Shown here: positions 15,795 through 29,930 of the stretch, one piece after another
How the letters are laid out: each line of letters starts with the position of its first letter
How positions within the stretch are numbered: position 1 is the first letter of the stretch
Assembly: GCA_964016885.1 (NCBI GenBank)
Contig: OZ024742.1
Location: 340,008,001 to 340,072,000, forward strand
Source of the DNA: Eledone cirrhosa
Lineage: Eukaryota
DNA length: 64,000 nucleotides
Reading direction: 5' to 3'
Notes under the pieces: model-generated
The model's database searches: none
What the model was told of the DNA's origin: nothing
What the model saw: the letters and a program-made list of their open reading frames with translations, nothing else
Program-made: the position numbers and the translations under genes

Positions 15795-15840
15795 CTGCAG
15801 ACACTAATGTTTCTGGGTATCACCCTTCATCAGTAGCAAT
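15795..15840 (-). ncRNA. Type I hammerhead motif
   Basis: Minus: TTGCTA CTGATGA A GGGT GAT ACCC A GAAA CA TTAG TG TC TGCAG; GUC cleavage triplet, stem I with one bulge. Confidence 0.7.
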
Positions 15841-16094
15841 GAAGAGTTCATTCTACTGACATGGCTCTAAAATGGAGGCTTGTTTGCATAATTGCAAACG
15901 AATAGAATGTTATTATTAGTAGTCGAAAAGCTCAGATTACATTTATTGTATTCAGCCATGTAGAGCAAATTTTATATATATATACATATATATACATATA
16001 TCGAGAGTCGATTGACTTTCGTCAAATCGGAACGTGGAAACAATGTTTCTATTGGTCTTTCCAATTGCTAATATCGGTCGCAACTCCAGGTAGA

Positions 16095-16212
16095 AGGAGG
16101 AACGTGAAATAAAGTGTCTTGCTCAAGGACTTAGCGCATCGCCCGGTCCTGGAATCGAACACACAACCCCTCGATTCCGAATCCAATTCTCTAACCACTC
16201 AGCCACGCGCCT

Positions 16213-16216
<4 letters not shown>
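16095..16216 (-). mobile_element. tRNA-derived SINE head (second SINE family)
   Basis: Minus-strand A box TGGCTGAGTGG and B box GTTCGATTCC followed by CTTGAGCAAGACACTTT; similar copy at 51670-51940. Confidence 0.75.
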
Positions 16217-16265
<49 letters not shown>

Positions 16266-16302
16266 GTGTGTATATATATATATATGTGTGTATATATATA
16301 TA

Positions 16303-16471
<169 letters not shown>

Positions 16472-16936
16472 ATATATAAAAGTAGTTATGATCAACTAAA
16501 ATCTATGCGGTGCTCCAGTATTGCCGTCGCTGTGTAGTGGCAGGAAGCCGTAAAAGAATACACTATGAATAGTTAATATATATATATATATATTTTATGA
16601 CTAACCCAGATTTGAAACCATACCTCGCTCCTCATTTCGTCTTCCAAGGTTTTCCCTCTCTTAACTTTACGAGGCAGAGACATCTTTCCTTGTGAATGAA
16701 TAAATATATGAATGAATGAATGATTTGTGTTATGTTTAATCATTCGTGTGTATTTGAGGAACCCCTTGCCAATATTTATGTGAAACATTAATTCAGACCC
16801 ATTCACAACAACGGTAGACGTTCATTTGAAAGAGTAGCACATTCCAACAATATTCGACACAACTTCCTACCCAGCTATCTACTCAGCTATCTATCTCTCC
16901 CACTCTCTCTCTCTCTCTCTCCCTCTCTCTTTCTCT

Positions 16937-17013
<77 letters not shown>

Positions 17014-17423
17014 CAGTATATATATATATGTACGTATATATTGGGCGCGCCGCTGATCGTTTTTAGATGTCCTGTATTAAGCGCCGAAACATCTATGATC
17101 CGGTTTACAGCTGATGAAGGCTTTCTTCTCTTGTTTCGTCCATGCTACCATCTTATATATATATATATGCCAGGTAGCGCTATTAAGTTAGACATGTCCT
17201 CAGTCAATACTGGCTGAAACGTATGAAAGTTATCAAAGTTATATATATAACTAAGGATGTATGGCAAAGTTAATCCAGCCGAGGTTAACTTTCTCTTTTA
17301 TCCTTACAGGATCGATAAAATAAAGTACCAGTAATACACTGGGATAATTGCTGGCCTTGTGCCAAAAGTAGAAACAGTTATATGGTGGTGTTGGTAGTGG
17401 AAGGTTTTTCGATCCCGTAAGGA

Positions 17424-17459
<36 letters not shown>

Positions 17460-17462
<3 letters not shown>

Positions 17463-17648
17463 AAAAGATGCAGGACCCCGATGGCTGAGCTCCGGCCGCT
17501 TCGACAGATTGTTCAGAACTAGCTGTCGAAACGGCCGGAGCTCAGCCGTCGGCGTCCTGACTCTTTTCCTATTACCCACTCTACTACCCTAAGTATTGAA
17601 TACTGTGGTGCGTTATGGTCCACCTGGTTCCTTACCACACTTCCTTCG

Positions 17649-17652
<4 letters not shown>
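17460..17652. mobile_element. Family B pLTR-like fold-back element with hammerhead 3' halves on both strands
   Basis: GAAAC GGCCGGAGCTCAGCC GTC GGCGTC on +, inverted copy at 17461-17507; in (TA)n. Confidence 0.7.
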
Positions 17653-17688
<36 letters not shown>

Positions 17689-17973
17689 ATGTATATATGT
17701 ATATATGTAGTATATAAAACCACAAGTTAGTAAAACCTTACGATCATTAAGCCGTGTCTTCCTTTCATTTTATTTTGGACGTAATTGCTGATACAATAAT
17801 TAAAACACTGATTAAAAATAAAAAAAAATCTTCGTAGGTAATTATAATATAAAAGGAAAGATTAATATCAGGGTTAGTTTAGAGTTTGTTTAAGCTTGTT
17901 TAATTACTTGAGTTTGCTTAATTGTGCGTGGGACATCACTGAAGGTTTAGTTAACAATAGTGAACTGATTGTT

Positions 17974-18440
17974 CACCACCATAGGCGCTGAGCTGGCCAG
18001 CCGCAGGTGTGAGCCTCGCGAGCTGGAATGGCTTTTCCAGTGCACTCCCTTGCCGTCCTCCGGGGAAACGCCTTCTCCATTCTGTCCGCCGGGGCTGTGG
18101 GGAGGCCACCAATATGATTGACTGACTTGTCATTTTATCAGTCAGATGTTGCTGTCGTTAACATATCTCAGTCTTTTATACACTAGACTTGAAGGAATGT
18201 AGAAAAACCTTCCACTACCAACACCACCATTAACACCACCATATATATATATATATCCGTCGCTGTCCGACAGGTTTGCGGTCGTACCCTTGACAGTGGA
18301 GACTTCTGGTGTCCTCGGCCCTTTTCCAGCGCGTCTCCCTTGCCGCCCCCCTGGGAAACGCCTTCTCCATTCTGTCCGCCGGGGCTGTCGGGAGGCCACC
18401 AATATAATTGACTGGCTTGTCATTTTATCAGTCAAATGTT
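17974..18440 (+). mobile_element. Two tandem CRE-clade LINE 3' ends (17974-18150, 18258-18440)
   Basis: TTIGAELASRRCEPRELEWLFQ..VLRGNAFSILS and SLSDRFAVVPLTVETSGVLGP..FQRVSLA; shared 3' tail GGAGGCCACCAATAT...TTGTCATTTTATCAGTCA. Confidence 0.7.
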
Positions 18441-18578
18441 CTAATGATTCTCTCTCTCTATATATATATACGTTCATTTAATCTCGGTTGAATGAGGTTT
18501 TCTTTTTACCATGGATCCACTAGACCCTTCTACTTCACTCGTTTGCAACACTAGCCTCTTCTTTTATTATTATACTAA

Positions 18579-18766
18579 GGGCGATGGATTGGCAGTATCG
18601 GTAGAGGGTCGGACGCCATGCTTTCCAGCAAAGAGTTACGACCCTTTATGGTCTAAGTTCAAATCCCGCCGAGGTAAACTTTGCCTTTCATCCTTACGGG
18701 GTCGATAAAATAAAGTACCTGCAATGCACTGGGATAATTGCTGACCTTGTGCCAAAAGTAGAATTA
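18579..18766 (+). mobile_element. Full-length OR2-like SINE with ~13-bp target-site duplication
   Basis: tRNA-like head TGGCAGTATCGGTAG...GTTCAAATCCC, core CTTTGCCTTTCATCC..GGGGTCGATAAAATAAAGTACC; ATTATTATACTAA on both sides. Confidence 0.85.
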
Positions 18767-19307
18767 ATTATTATACTAATCAACCAAGTAATCATTTAAT
18801 TTTAAAATATCTTTATATTTATTGCAACACTTCAGGTTTATCATGATATTCTCTACATCATGCATTTGTATCAAGTCGATAGTCTTTATATATATAGACG
18901 GCCGACTAAATACACACGTGATTTTTTCTCTCCCATTTATTTTCCCCGTTCCCTCCTCTTACCACTCCTTTCTTTCTATTCATCTTCTCTTTCTAACTCT
19001 ATCTTTTGATGAATGATTAGTGTCCGAAACATTGAGACTCTCCCCCTGCTTCTTCAAGCGTTAAATTAACGCATTTCTTCAATGTACTGTGCCGTTTGTT
19101 TTGTTATTTCTTCTGTTTACCTTTTAAACACACACACACACGTCTATATACATAACTAACATATAATTGTATCGCTCTACATGGCTGAATACAAGAAATG
19201 TATATATGAGGCTGTTTGCATAATTGCAAACGAATCTAATATTATTATTAATATTCGAAAAGCTCAGATTTACATTTCTTGTATATACATACGCGCGCGC
19301 ACACGCG

Positions 19308-19419
<112 letters not shown>

Positions 19420-20253
19420 CATTTACGGTCTGAGTTCAAATCCCACCGAGGTTATTCTTTGCTTTTCATCCTTACGGGATCGAATAAATAAAGTACCGGT
19501 AATGCATTGGGGTCGATTCAATCGACCCCCCAAAAAATTGCTGGCCTTGTGCCTAAATCAGAAACCATTATCATAAATAAATTAGCTGTTTTATGGATTT
19601 TTGATAAAATGTGACTTTTTCACCTCGACAAATGTGAGACATGTTTTCCTTTCTGTTTCTCTGTTTCAATGTATGTATGTATTATTGATCTACGATTACT
19701 TATCGATATACAGTGAGCTAACTTTTTATATTTGCTTAATCGGATGTTAAGCCTTAATTGCAAAATATTCTCTTCTGTTATCCTTTTAATTGATTGATAT
19801 TGCCACAGTTATATATTAAATAGTGCACTAAGTTGTTTGTGTACAGATATCAATTGTTATGGCATACATTCAGTGTTCCTGGAAACGTGTTGCGTGTTTG
19901 AGCAAGACACTTTATTTGGCGTTAATCCAGTACACTCAACTAGGGAAAAATATCTGTAAGTCATATATCACGCCAAGCTGAATCTCCCTGAGAGCTACAG
20001 TAGTGGTACGCTAATATGTCAGTAGAATGTTCAACCGCCCAGGCGTTAAATATAACTAAAACCATTATAGATGTACTCCGCGAATTACAACCGAGCTCTT
20101 GAAAACCTGTGTTAGGAGGCTGGGGTATTTTATATGTATTTCTGATTTGTGTTGTTCTGAATAATTAATACATTATAACTTTAGCAATTTTATATATCAT
20201 TATACCTATTTAGCCAGGAGTTGTTTGTGCCACAGTGTATATATGTTCAGATA

Positions 20254-20663
20254 CTCTCGGGTCTCGAATAATCAACCCCTTTGTTTATTAATTTTTCAGA
20301 TTTTTTCACCCCCTCCCCCACCCCAGCTCTTATTCCACACCCCTAACCCTGCTTATTAAATGTTGCTCATGTATCTCCTGCGAAATTTTATTTTAACTGG
20401 TGGCATTCCTGTGATAATTAATTTTCTTTAGACATCAAAAAACATTATACATGACAAGAAAAATACATTAGTAGAAATCCCATGTTATAAAATAAATAGG
20501 ATGGGTTGGGGTCTCAATATGTAAACTAAACGGCAAATTCTGGTTTTTAAAAAACATCAACGGAGTCAACCTAAAAAATTACTAACCTCCCTGCCGCTTA
20601 CTCCAACTTCTCCGCGTAATCCAAGACCCCGCTTATCCCCCCCTATTATTTTGGACCCAAGTG
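20254..20663 (-). mobile_element. Tc1/mariner-type MITE, copy 3
   Basis: TA-CTCTCGGGTCTCGAATAA ... TTATTTTGGACCCAAGTG-TA. Confidence 0.8.
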
Positions 20664-20931
20664 TATAGGAATATTTGAATTAAACTTCATAGTAAATTCC
20701 ACCAAGTCATACTCACTAATTAGTGAGAGCCGTTCTAGACATAGTAAAACATGATTACATACTGATATGTATCTAGGAGAATGGATGAGTGAAATTTGAG
20801 ATTCATGAGAAAATTAACACTTCATCGAATTTCTTATCTATAGAAAAATAGTCGAAACAATAGGGTATGTAAGTCCCCTTAACAGAACCAATGGACATTA
20901 GCGTATGTGGTTCTCGAACTTACATCTTAAT

Positions 20932-21004
20932 GGACACATTGGTGTAATGGTAGTATTTCTGCCCGGCAAGCATGATGGTGTGGGTTCGAGTCCCACAGGT
21001 ACCA
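20932..21004 (+). pseudogene. tRNA-like sequence inside a degenerate fold-back element (20803-21161)
   Basis: A box TGGTGTAATGG, perfect T arm GTGGG TTCGAGT CCCAC, short anticodon stem with GGC loop, ends ACCA; acceptor stem does not pair. Confidence 0.55.
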
Positions 21005-21561
21005 ATGTTCGTATTTTTTTCCGTTTAAGGGGACTCATACGCTCTATTATTCAGTGAAGAGAGTTTATGAACCCTATTATTCCGTCAATGGGGCTTAAAC
21101 GCTCTATTGTTTAGATTATTTTTCTATAATAAAAAAATTCGATAAAGCTTTAACTTTCTCATAAATAACTGATTACATTTATGTGTTTCACAGCTACTTG
21201 GCAGATCATCAGAAGACAGTTCCTCATATACGTCTGTCCACAAAGAAAAAGTCAAAACAAAACAAAACAGACGCAAACAATAACTCACCTGAAAGGACTA
21301 GTCATAGAAAATTTAGATATACGCTATGTTGTGTATAGATACTTATAATGAACATACAGCTTACAGAACTGAACATTCCATTTGTTGTTGACTGATATCT
21401 CAAAGATATCACATACCGACTGTATCGCTCCTTCTAACGTTTCCAATCAGTATTGATGATACCAGGGAAATGTCTACTCTCTAGCATATTGTTTTACCTT
21501 TCGTTATCCATATCGATATAAAAGAAGTCTGGGTTCCAATTTAACTGTCCCCTATCATTCA

Positions 21562-21750
21562 GGTGAATTGGCAGTATCGGTAGACGGTTGGACGCCATGC
21601 TTTCTAGCAGAGTTACGTCCCTTTACGGTCTGAGTTCAAATCCCGTCGAGGTTAACTTTGCCTATCCTCCTTACGGGGTCGATAAAATAAAGTACCAGTA
21701 ATGCACTGAGTAATTGATGGTCTTGTGCAAAAAGTAGAAACAATTATTAT
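21562..21750 (+). mobile_element. Full-length OR2-like SINE
   Basis: Same head, core and tail as 18579-18766. Confidence 0.85.
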
Positions 21751-21914
21751 CGTTTCTCAATTGTAACAGTTTGCTGAGTTAGGAACGTTCAAAATTAAAC
21801 ATTTCAATGGATGAATACAGTCATGGATATACACGTATGTGTGTGTATAAATAACATAGATAGTGTGTAGATACATACATACTCTTTCTCTCTCTCTGTA
21901 TATATATATATATA

Positions 21915-22111
21915 TTGTTATGCTTTGGGAGGGTCATGTTGCCAATAAGAAACACACGCACCAGCTGCTTCACTCCAATTTCTTATAAATTAAAAAATAA
22001 AAAAAAATAAAATTTTTTTTAATAAATTTCCGGTTGGTTGGTTGGTTCCACAACCGGACGGTTGTTCATATATTGTCAAAGTTCTTTCGTCACACATTCT
22101 GTGACCTCTTC
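21915..22111 (-). mobile_element. Family C element, truncated by (TA)n inside the hammerhead CTGAAGA box
   Basis: Near-identical to 42262-42451; sequence switches to TATA right after CTCTTC. Confidence 0.75.
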
Positions 22112-22189
22112 TATATATATATAATTTATATTATATATATATATATATCATGGCGCCTGTCCCTCAATCTATCTTATTTCTCATTCTTC

Positions 22190-22224
22190 CTTCTGACGAA
22201 GGACCAGCGTCCGAAACGTTAAGA
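22190..22224 (+). ncRNA. Minimal Penelope-type hammerhead motif (decayed relative at 19006-19035)
   Basis: CTT CTGACGA A GGAC CAGC GTCC GAAA CGTT AAG; palindromic AACGTT in place of stem III; stem I only 3 bp. Confidence 0.7.
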
Positions 22225-22453
22225 CCCTCTTCCTGCTATATCAAGCATTAACCTAATATATCCCTTCCATATACTGTGTACCGATTGTGTTGTTATTTCT
22301 GTTTACCTTTTATATACATATATTTATATACGTATATATATATATGTATGTATGTATATATGTATATATATTTTATATATATATATATATGTATGTATAT
22401 ATGTATATATATTTTATATATATATGTATTATATATATATATACATATATGTT

Positions 22454-22506
<53 letters not shown>

Positions 22507-22543
22507 TGAAAGAGAGTGTGAGAAAGAGAGATTACACACACAC

Positions 22544-22583
<40 letters not shown>

Positions 22584-23839
22584 GCACACACACATATATA
22601 TATATATATATACATACACACACTCACACACACATATATATATATATATATATGCACACACACACACAAACACATATATGTATACATACACACACACATA
22701 TATATTTATACACACACATACGTGTATATCCATGACTGTATTCATCCTCTTCAAACAATTGTTGACGTTGTGTAATTTGTATAGTTGTTTGACTTCAATA
22801 CCTCTTATTGGTGACATTAACAAGTTTTAATTAACCCAATTTCTAGGCTAGACTCTATATTGTTCTTATTAATTACTTTAATTATTTATTTTATGTTCAT
22901 TTAGTGTCTCTATCTGTTCATTCATATATATATATTTATATATTTATATATTTATATATATTTAGGTCTTTGTTGTTCTATCTATTGTGATCTTCTTATA
23001 TAAATACAGACACATCAATGTTTCTACTTGTGGTGATTACATTGTTGTTGTTCTTGTTGGTGGTGGTGTTGTTGTTGTTGTTGTTGTTGTGAAAGGAGAG
23101 CCTCTTTAATTGTTTCTGTAGCCGTCGTTTTACCTTCTTTCATACAGTCTTTACTCTACTAATTCTGTAGTCATTGCTGCTGTCACCACTCCCCCTTCAT
23201 CATCATCCACTGCCACCACACCCCCTTCATCATCCTCTACTGCCACCACTCCCCCTTCATCGTCCTTCACCGCCAACACTCCCCCTTCATTATCCTCCAC
23301 CGTCACCACTCCCTCCTTCATTATCCTCCACCTCGCCCTACTCCACCGTCACCACACCCCTTCATCATCCTGCACCGCCACCCCTCCCCCCTTCATTATC
23401 CTCCACCGTCATCACTCTGCCTTCATTATCCTCCACCACCACCACTCCCCCTTCATGATCCTCCACCGTCACCACTCCCCCTTCATCGTCCTTCACCGCC
23501 ACCACTCCCCACTTCATCGTCTTCCGCCATCACTCCTCCTCCTCCACCACCATCACCTCTCCTCCTCATCATCATCCGCATCGTCCTCCTCCGCCGCCAG
23601 CATCACCCCTCCCCGCCACTCTTTCGCCATCACCCCCTCCCCAATATTACTGGACGACACTTCCCATCATCTCACCCCACCCAATCCCTGTTGCATCACT
23701 TTTCTATATTTATTTATTATTTGATATTTTTTAACTTTTTAATTTGCTTTTGTTTTTAAATTTGTCCTTTTTTTCGTTTTTCTTATCTTATTTATTTATT
23801 TATTTATTTATGTATGTATTTATTTATTTATTTATGTAT

Positions 23840-23874
<35 letters not shown>

Positions 23875-23897
23875 TTGTACTGTTACTGTTCCTCCGG

Positions 23898-24982
23898 TGA
23901 AAGCGCATGGCTTAGTGGTTAGAGCATTGGGCTTGCAATCATAAGGTTGTGAGTTCGATTCTCGAACCGGCTTTGCATTCTCTTCTTGAACAACTTACTT
24001 TACTTCACGTTGCTCCTGTTCACTCAGCTGTAGAAATGAGTTGTGACGTCACTGGTACCAAGCTGTATCGGCCATTGGACAACATATATAGTGTAGTGTA
24101 TATATGGTGTATAAACTGTAATTATAATATGGTGTATTAAATGTATATATAGTATGTTGTAATGTCACTAGTACCAAGCTGTATCGGCCATTGGACAACA
24201 TATATAGTGTAGTGTATATATGGTGTATAAACTGTATATATAGTATGGTGTATAAAATGTATATATAGTATGTTGTGACGTCACTGATACCAAGCTGTAT
24301 CAGTCATTGGACAACATATATAGTGTAGTGTATATATGGTGTATAAACTGTATATATAGTATGGTGTATAAAATGTATATATAGTATGTTGTGACGTCAC
24401 TGATACCAAGCTGTATCAGTCATTGGACAACATTTATAGTGTAGTGTATATATGGTGTATAAACTGTATATATAGTATGGTGTATAAAATGTATATATAG
24501 TATGTTGTGACGTCACTGGTACCAAGCTGTATCGGCCATTGCCTTTTCATTGGACAACATTTATAATTGTTTCTACTTTTGGCATAAAGCCTACAATTAC
24601 CCCAGTATATTACTGGTACTTTATTTTATCGATCCAATAAGGATGAAAGACAAAGTTAACCTCGGCGGGATTTGAACTCAGACCATAAAAGGCCGTAAGG
24701 TGATCTGAGTTCAAATCCCACCGAGGTTAACTTTGACTTTCACCCTTACGGGGTCGATCAAATAAAGTACCAGTAATACACTGATGTAATTGCTGGCCTT
24801 GTGCCCAAATTAGAAACAATTATATATGGTGTCCAATGGACATAGTATGTTGTCACGTCACTGGTGACAAGCTGTATCAGCATTTGTCCCTTGGACAACA
24901 TCAGTCATGTGGAGAGGGGAGACTGGTATACATGGGTGATGCTGGTCTTCCACAAACACCCTTGCCTGGTCTTGTGCCTCGG
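23898..24982 (+). mobile_element. tRNA-derived SINE whose interior is amplified as a 116-bp tandem array (24041-24560) and interrupted by an inverted OR2-like SINE pair (24564-24822)
   Basis: Head TGGCTTAGTGGTTAGAGC...GAGTTCGATTCTC; unit starts at 24041, 24157, 24273, 24389, 24505; SINE body resumes ~24845. Confidence 0.75.
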
Positions 24983-25084
24983 TGTTGGTGATGGCGGTAG
25001 AGGTGATGGTGTTGGTGGTAGTGGTGGTGATGGCGGTAGAGGTGGTGGTGTTGGTGGTAGTGGTGGTGATGGCGGTAGAGGTGG

Positions 25085-25800
25085 TGGTGTTGGTGATAAA
25101 TGTTAGAACGGGTGGTTAGTGGTGGTGGTAGAGGTGGTGGTTGGTGATAAATATTAGAACGGGTGGTTAGTGGTGGTGGTAGAGGTGGTGGTAGCGGTAG
25201 AGGTGGTCGTGGTGGTGGTGGTGGTAGAGGTGGTGATGTCGGTGATAATTGTTAGAACGGGTGGTTAGTGGTGGTGGTAGTGGTGGTGGTGGTGGTAGAG
25301 GTGGTGTTGGTGATAGAGGTGGTGATGTCGGTGATAATTGTTAGAACGGGTGGTTAGTAATGGTGGTAGTGGTGGTGGTGGTGGTGGTAGAGGTGGTAGT
25401 TTTGGTGATAAATGTTAGAACGGGTGGTTAGTGGTGGTGGTGGTCAGTGGTGGTGGCGGTAGAGGTGGTAGTGTTGGTGATAAATGTTAGAACGGGTGGT
25501 TAGTGGTGGTGGCGGTAGAGGTGGTAGTGTTGGTGATAAATGTTAGAACGGGTGGTTAGTGGTGGTGGTGGTGGTCAGTGGTGGTGGCGGTAGAGGTGGT
25601 AGTGTTGGTGATAAATGTTAGAACGGGTGGTTAGTGGTGGTGGTGGTGGTCAGTGGTGGTGGCGGTAGAGGTGGTAGTGTTGGTGATAAATGTTAGAACG
25701 GGTGGTTAGTGGTGGTGGTGGTCAGTGGTGGTGGTGGTAGAGGTGGTAGTGTTGGTGATAAATGTTAGAACGGGTGGTTAGTGGTGGTCAGTGGTGGTGG
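25085..25800. repeat. ~45-65-bp minisatellite with core GATAAATGTTAGAACGGGTGGTTAG
   Basis: About 12 copies of the core separated by (GGT)n of varying length. Confidence 0.9.
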
Positions 25801-26192
25801 CGGTAGAGGTGGTAGTGTTGGTGGTAGTGGTGGTGCTGGTGGTGGAAGAGGTTGTGATGACGGTAGAAGTGGTGATGGTGGTAATGGTTGTGGTAGTGGA
25901 GGCAGTGGTGGTAGTGTTGGTAGTAATGGTAGTGGCGGCGGCAGAGGCGTTGGTGGTAGCGTTTGTTGTTTGTCTCCTTTAGTTTGTTTCCTTTCTTTGT
26001 TATTTTCTAAGGGAATCATTGGGAAACAATAGATTAAAGGTGCCAACATCAACCATATGGTGGGGTCAGAGTAGTAAAAAATGGGGCGGTCCAGCCTTTA
26101 ATAACCCCCACCCTTCCTTTCTATGTAACAGGGGGAGACATTAATTGACACTTCATCTTTATATACGAATATGTATATATATATATATATGA

Positions 26193-26291
<99 letters not shown>

Positions 26292-26294
26292 ATA

Positions 26295-26339
<45 letters not shown>

Positions 26340-26367
26340 ATATATATATATATATATATGATATATG

Positions 26368-26402
<35 letters not shown>

Positions 26403-26421
26403 GTATATATATATGTATATA

Positions 26422-26489
<68 letters not shown>

Positions 26490-26541
26490 ATATATATATA
26501 TAATTTCGTTTCATTCTATTCTATATATATATATAAATATA

Positions 26542-26619
<78 letters not shown>

Positions 26620-26686
26620 CGTGTTTGTGCGGTTCTGAGACCGGGGAGACCACTAATCATTGGAGTACTCAATACATGAGGAGATG

Positions 26687-26746
<60 letters not shown>

Positions 26747-27303
26747 TGCCACCTTCTAACATGTATAATAAAGCCAACCACCATTTTTAGACCCATACTT
26801 ACACAGTACTATATTTACCTCCTCAACATAACACTGCCCTATCACTAACAATACTATCACCACCGCCACCGCCGCCACCACCACCACTACGACAATTTTA
26901 CTGTCATCACTTGTTCTATTGCTGTTTATATCCCCCCACCACTACCACTAACCTCTACCGCCACCACCACCACCTCCACACCACCACTAATCACCTCCCA
27001 CTTACATCCTCTACCGCCACTATCACCACTAACCCCCACCACCTTTTCACCACCACTAATCACCACTATCCTCCACCATCATCAAACCACCACCACCACC
27101 ACCACCACCGCTAGTCATCTGTTATCATGCCCTATCACCTTACAAGCCAGGCTCCACTTATAAATTCAGCAGGCAAAAAAGATTCTAACTCCTGTATCAA
27201 TTGACTTATAAGCTCGCACTTGACAAAACGTAAGCGTTTCACGATTGATTGATGCTGTTACACACACACAAACACGCATACACACACACACATATATATA
27301 TAC

Positions 27304-27373
<70 letters not shown>

Positions 27374-27411
27374 TATTTACATATATACATATGTATATAC
27401 ATATATATTTA

Positions 27412-27480
<69 letters not shown>

Positions 27481-27507
27481 ATATATATATATATACATAT
27501 TTATATT

Positions 27508-27556
<49 letters not shown>

Positions 27557-27929
27557 ACATAGACAGATTGACAGACTTACATGTGTATGTGTGTGAGTGT
27601 TAGAGCGTATGTGTGGTGAAGGAAAAAAAAGCTTGTTAGCAATAGCTTCGTTTGAGTGTGTGATGGAGTGAGTTTCTCTCGCTCTGTCGGCATGATAATA
27701 AATCTACTGAGAAATAAGAACAAAGTATATGAATAGCAATGCATGTGAATTGTTCTATTCTTTTATTCTTTTATTTGTTTCACTGGTTAGACTGCAGCCA
27801 TGCTGAGACTCCACCTTAATTATATCGACTCCAGTATACTTTTATCAAAGACTAGTATATATTTTATCGATAGCTTTTGTTGAAGGTCTATGCTACGATA
27901 CATAACCACAGATACAGAAACCCATTATT

Positions 27930-28034
<105 letters not shown>

Positions 28035-28119
28035 GATAATAAAGTAAGGAGTGCGAAACTTCGTCCAGAATTTTTTTTTTATCCCGTTTGTAAAATAAGT
28101 TGGATTACTTTGAATAAAT

Positions 28120-28302
28120 AATTATTTCTACTTTAGGCACAAGGCCAGCAAATACCCAGTGCATTACTGGTACTTTATTTTATCGACCCCGTGAGGATGA
28201 AAGGCAAAGTCAACCTCGGTGGGATTTGAACTCAGATCGTAAAGGGACGTAACTATGCTGGAAAGCATGGCGTCCGACCCTCTACTGACACTGCCAATCC
28301 AC
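28120..28302 (-). mobile_element. Full-length OR2-like SINE
   Basis: Reverse complement of the 18579 consensus. Confidence 0.85.
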
Positions 28303-28701
28303 ATAAATAATGAATGAATATTACATAATTTATCTACTAAATTTCGTTATTCTTGATTAAATCTAAATAATATTGTTTGTTTATTTTAAGATTCACTTCT
28401 TTAAAATTTTCAAATGTCAACACTTCTGGTTAGCGATCGGTTAAATAAACATTCATATATTTCCGTCACTAATTTTCTCCTAATGCAGTTTATATATAAT
28501 ATCGTTTTTTTTTTAATGTATCATGGATTACGTTACTGATTACATAAGACAGTGTAACGTCTTCGTTCAATTTCTGTGTATATTGTCAATTACGATTTTA
28601 TTTGATGTATCATATCTACATGCATATATACTTGCGTATAATATCAAGCTACACACTACACATGCTAGCAGAAAACCACCCTTTGGGTGGTTTTCTGCTA
28701 G

Positions 28702-28741
<40 letters not shown>

Positions 28742-28749
28742 CGTGTGTG

Positions 28750-28794
<45 letters not shown>

Positions 28795-29032
28795 CAGAAA
28801 AAAAGGGTTCTTATACGTGGAAATTACGCTGCAACTTCTTGAGGATATGCCGCTTCAAGCGATCCCAAATCACTTCACGTCAGTAGTTTATCCCAGCTAA
28901 AGTTTGATGATTAGGAGTGATAGAGTATTCGCAGATTAATCAAAAGAAGACGTGCTTACTTCAACATAATTACTTTTATGGTGAAGTAACGACCTCTTAA
29001 CTACTTTTGATTGATTTATATATACACATAGC

Positions 29033-29089
<57 letters not shown>

Positions 29090-29151
29090 ATAATAATAAA
29101 TGTGAAGACTAAAATCCAAAGATGGTTCCATAAGGATAAATATATATCAAA

Positions 29152-29666
29152 CAAGCAGTGGTACCCGGCGTTGCACGGGATTGGGTAGTGTGAAATATAT
29201 AACTGCCTTAGCTAAGCTTAGTATTGCCACAACCACGGCTGGCAAAGAAGTAAGGGTCTGGTGGTACGTAAGTAAGCAACACTGTGGCTTAAAACGTGAG
29301 GAAGAAGTTGTGTGGTCTTACCAACTGTTTGGGGAATGAGTCTGAGATTTGTCTTGAGCAAGGGTGGCGGAATAACCGGAGGCAGCAGACAGGCAGACAT
29401 ACAGACAGATATTATAAGGGCGCGACGTTATATGTATATATCTATCTAAACAGAGAAAGACTAAGAATTATAGAGAGATATCGCTAAATCGCCTAATGTG
29501 GTCCTTAGGGCATTGAACATTTGAAATTTATTTTGCTTAGAACACTCCCTGAAACATAAGTATTACATGTGTAAAGTTTGAAAACAGTCGGTTGGGTGCT
29601 TCTCTAGTTTTAGGGATTCAAACTCCCACACACACAGACAGACATCCTCAGTTTTATATATATAGA
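29152..29666 (-). mobile_element. Non-autonomous Helitron
   Basis: Minus strand starts TCTATATATATAAAA, ends with hairpin CCCGTGCAACGCCGGG..CTTG; inserted between A and T with no TSD; empty site TCAAA|TACATAAGAACC at ~43617-43633. Confidence 0.85.
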
Positions 29667-29733
29667 TATATAAGAACCATAGAGCAAATATTTATTAAAA
29701 TAAACAGATTAAAGTTTAACCAAAGAATCACTG

Positions 29734-29773
<40 letters not shown>

Positions 29774-29813
29774 AAAATTTACGAAATGGAAATGCGGGTA
29801 TATAGAATTTATT

Positions 29814-29930
29814 AGGTAACAATTGTTTCTATAGTGTATGAGTTACCTATACCTCGCTATTTGAATAATACACAAATATTATCAAAAACCGAAAGTACAC
29901 TGTAAGCCAACACACCATGTCATCAGACCT
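29814..29930 (-). ncRNA. Type I hammerhead motif with long stem II
   Basis: Minus: AGGT CTGATGA C ATGGTGTGT...ATACACTAT A GAAA CAATTG TT ACCT; palindromic ACAATTGT. Confidence 0.75.

Noticed and set aside
20932-21004. Functional tRNA-Ala(GGC)
   Set aside because: Acceptor stem does not pair and the anticodon stem is short
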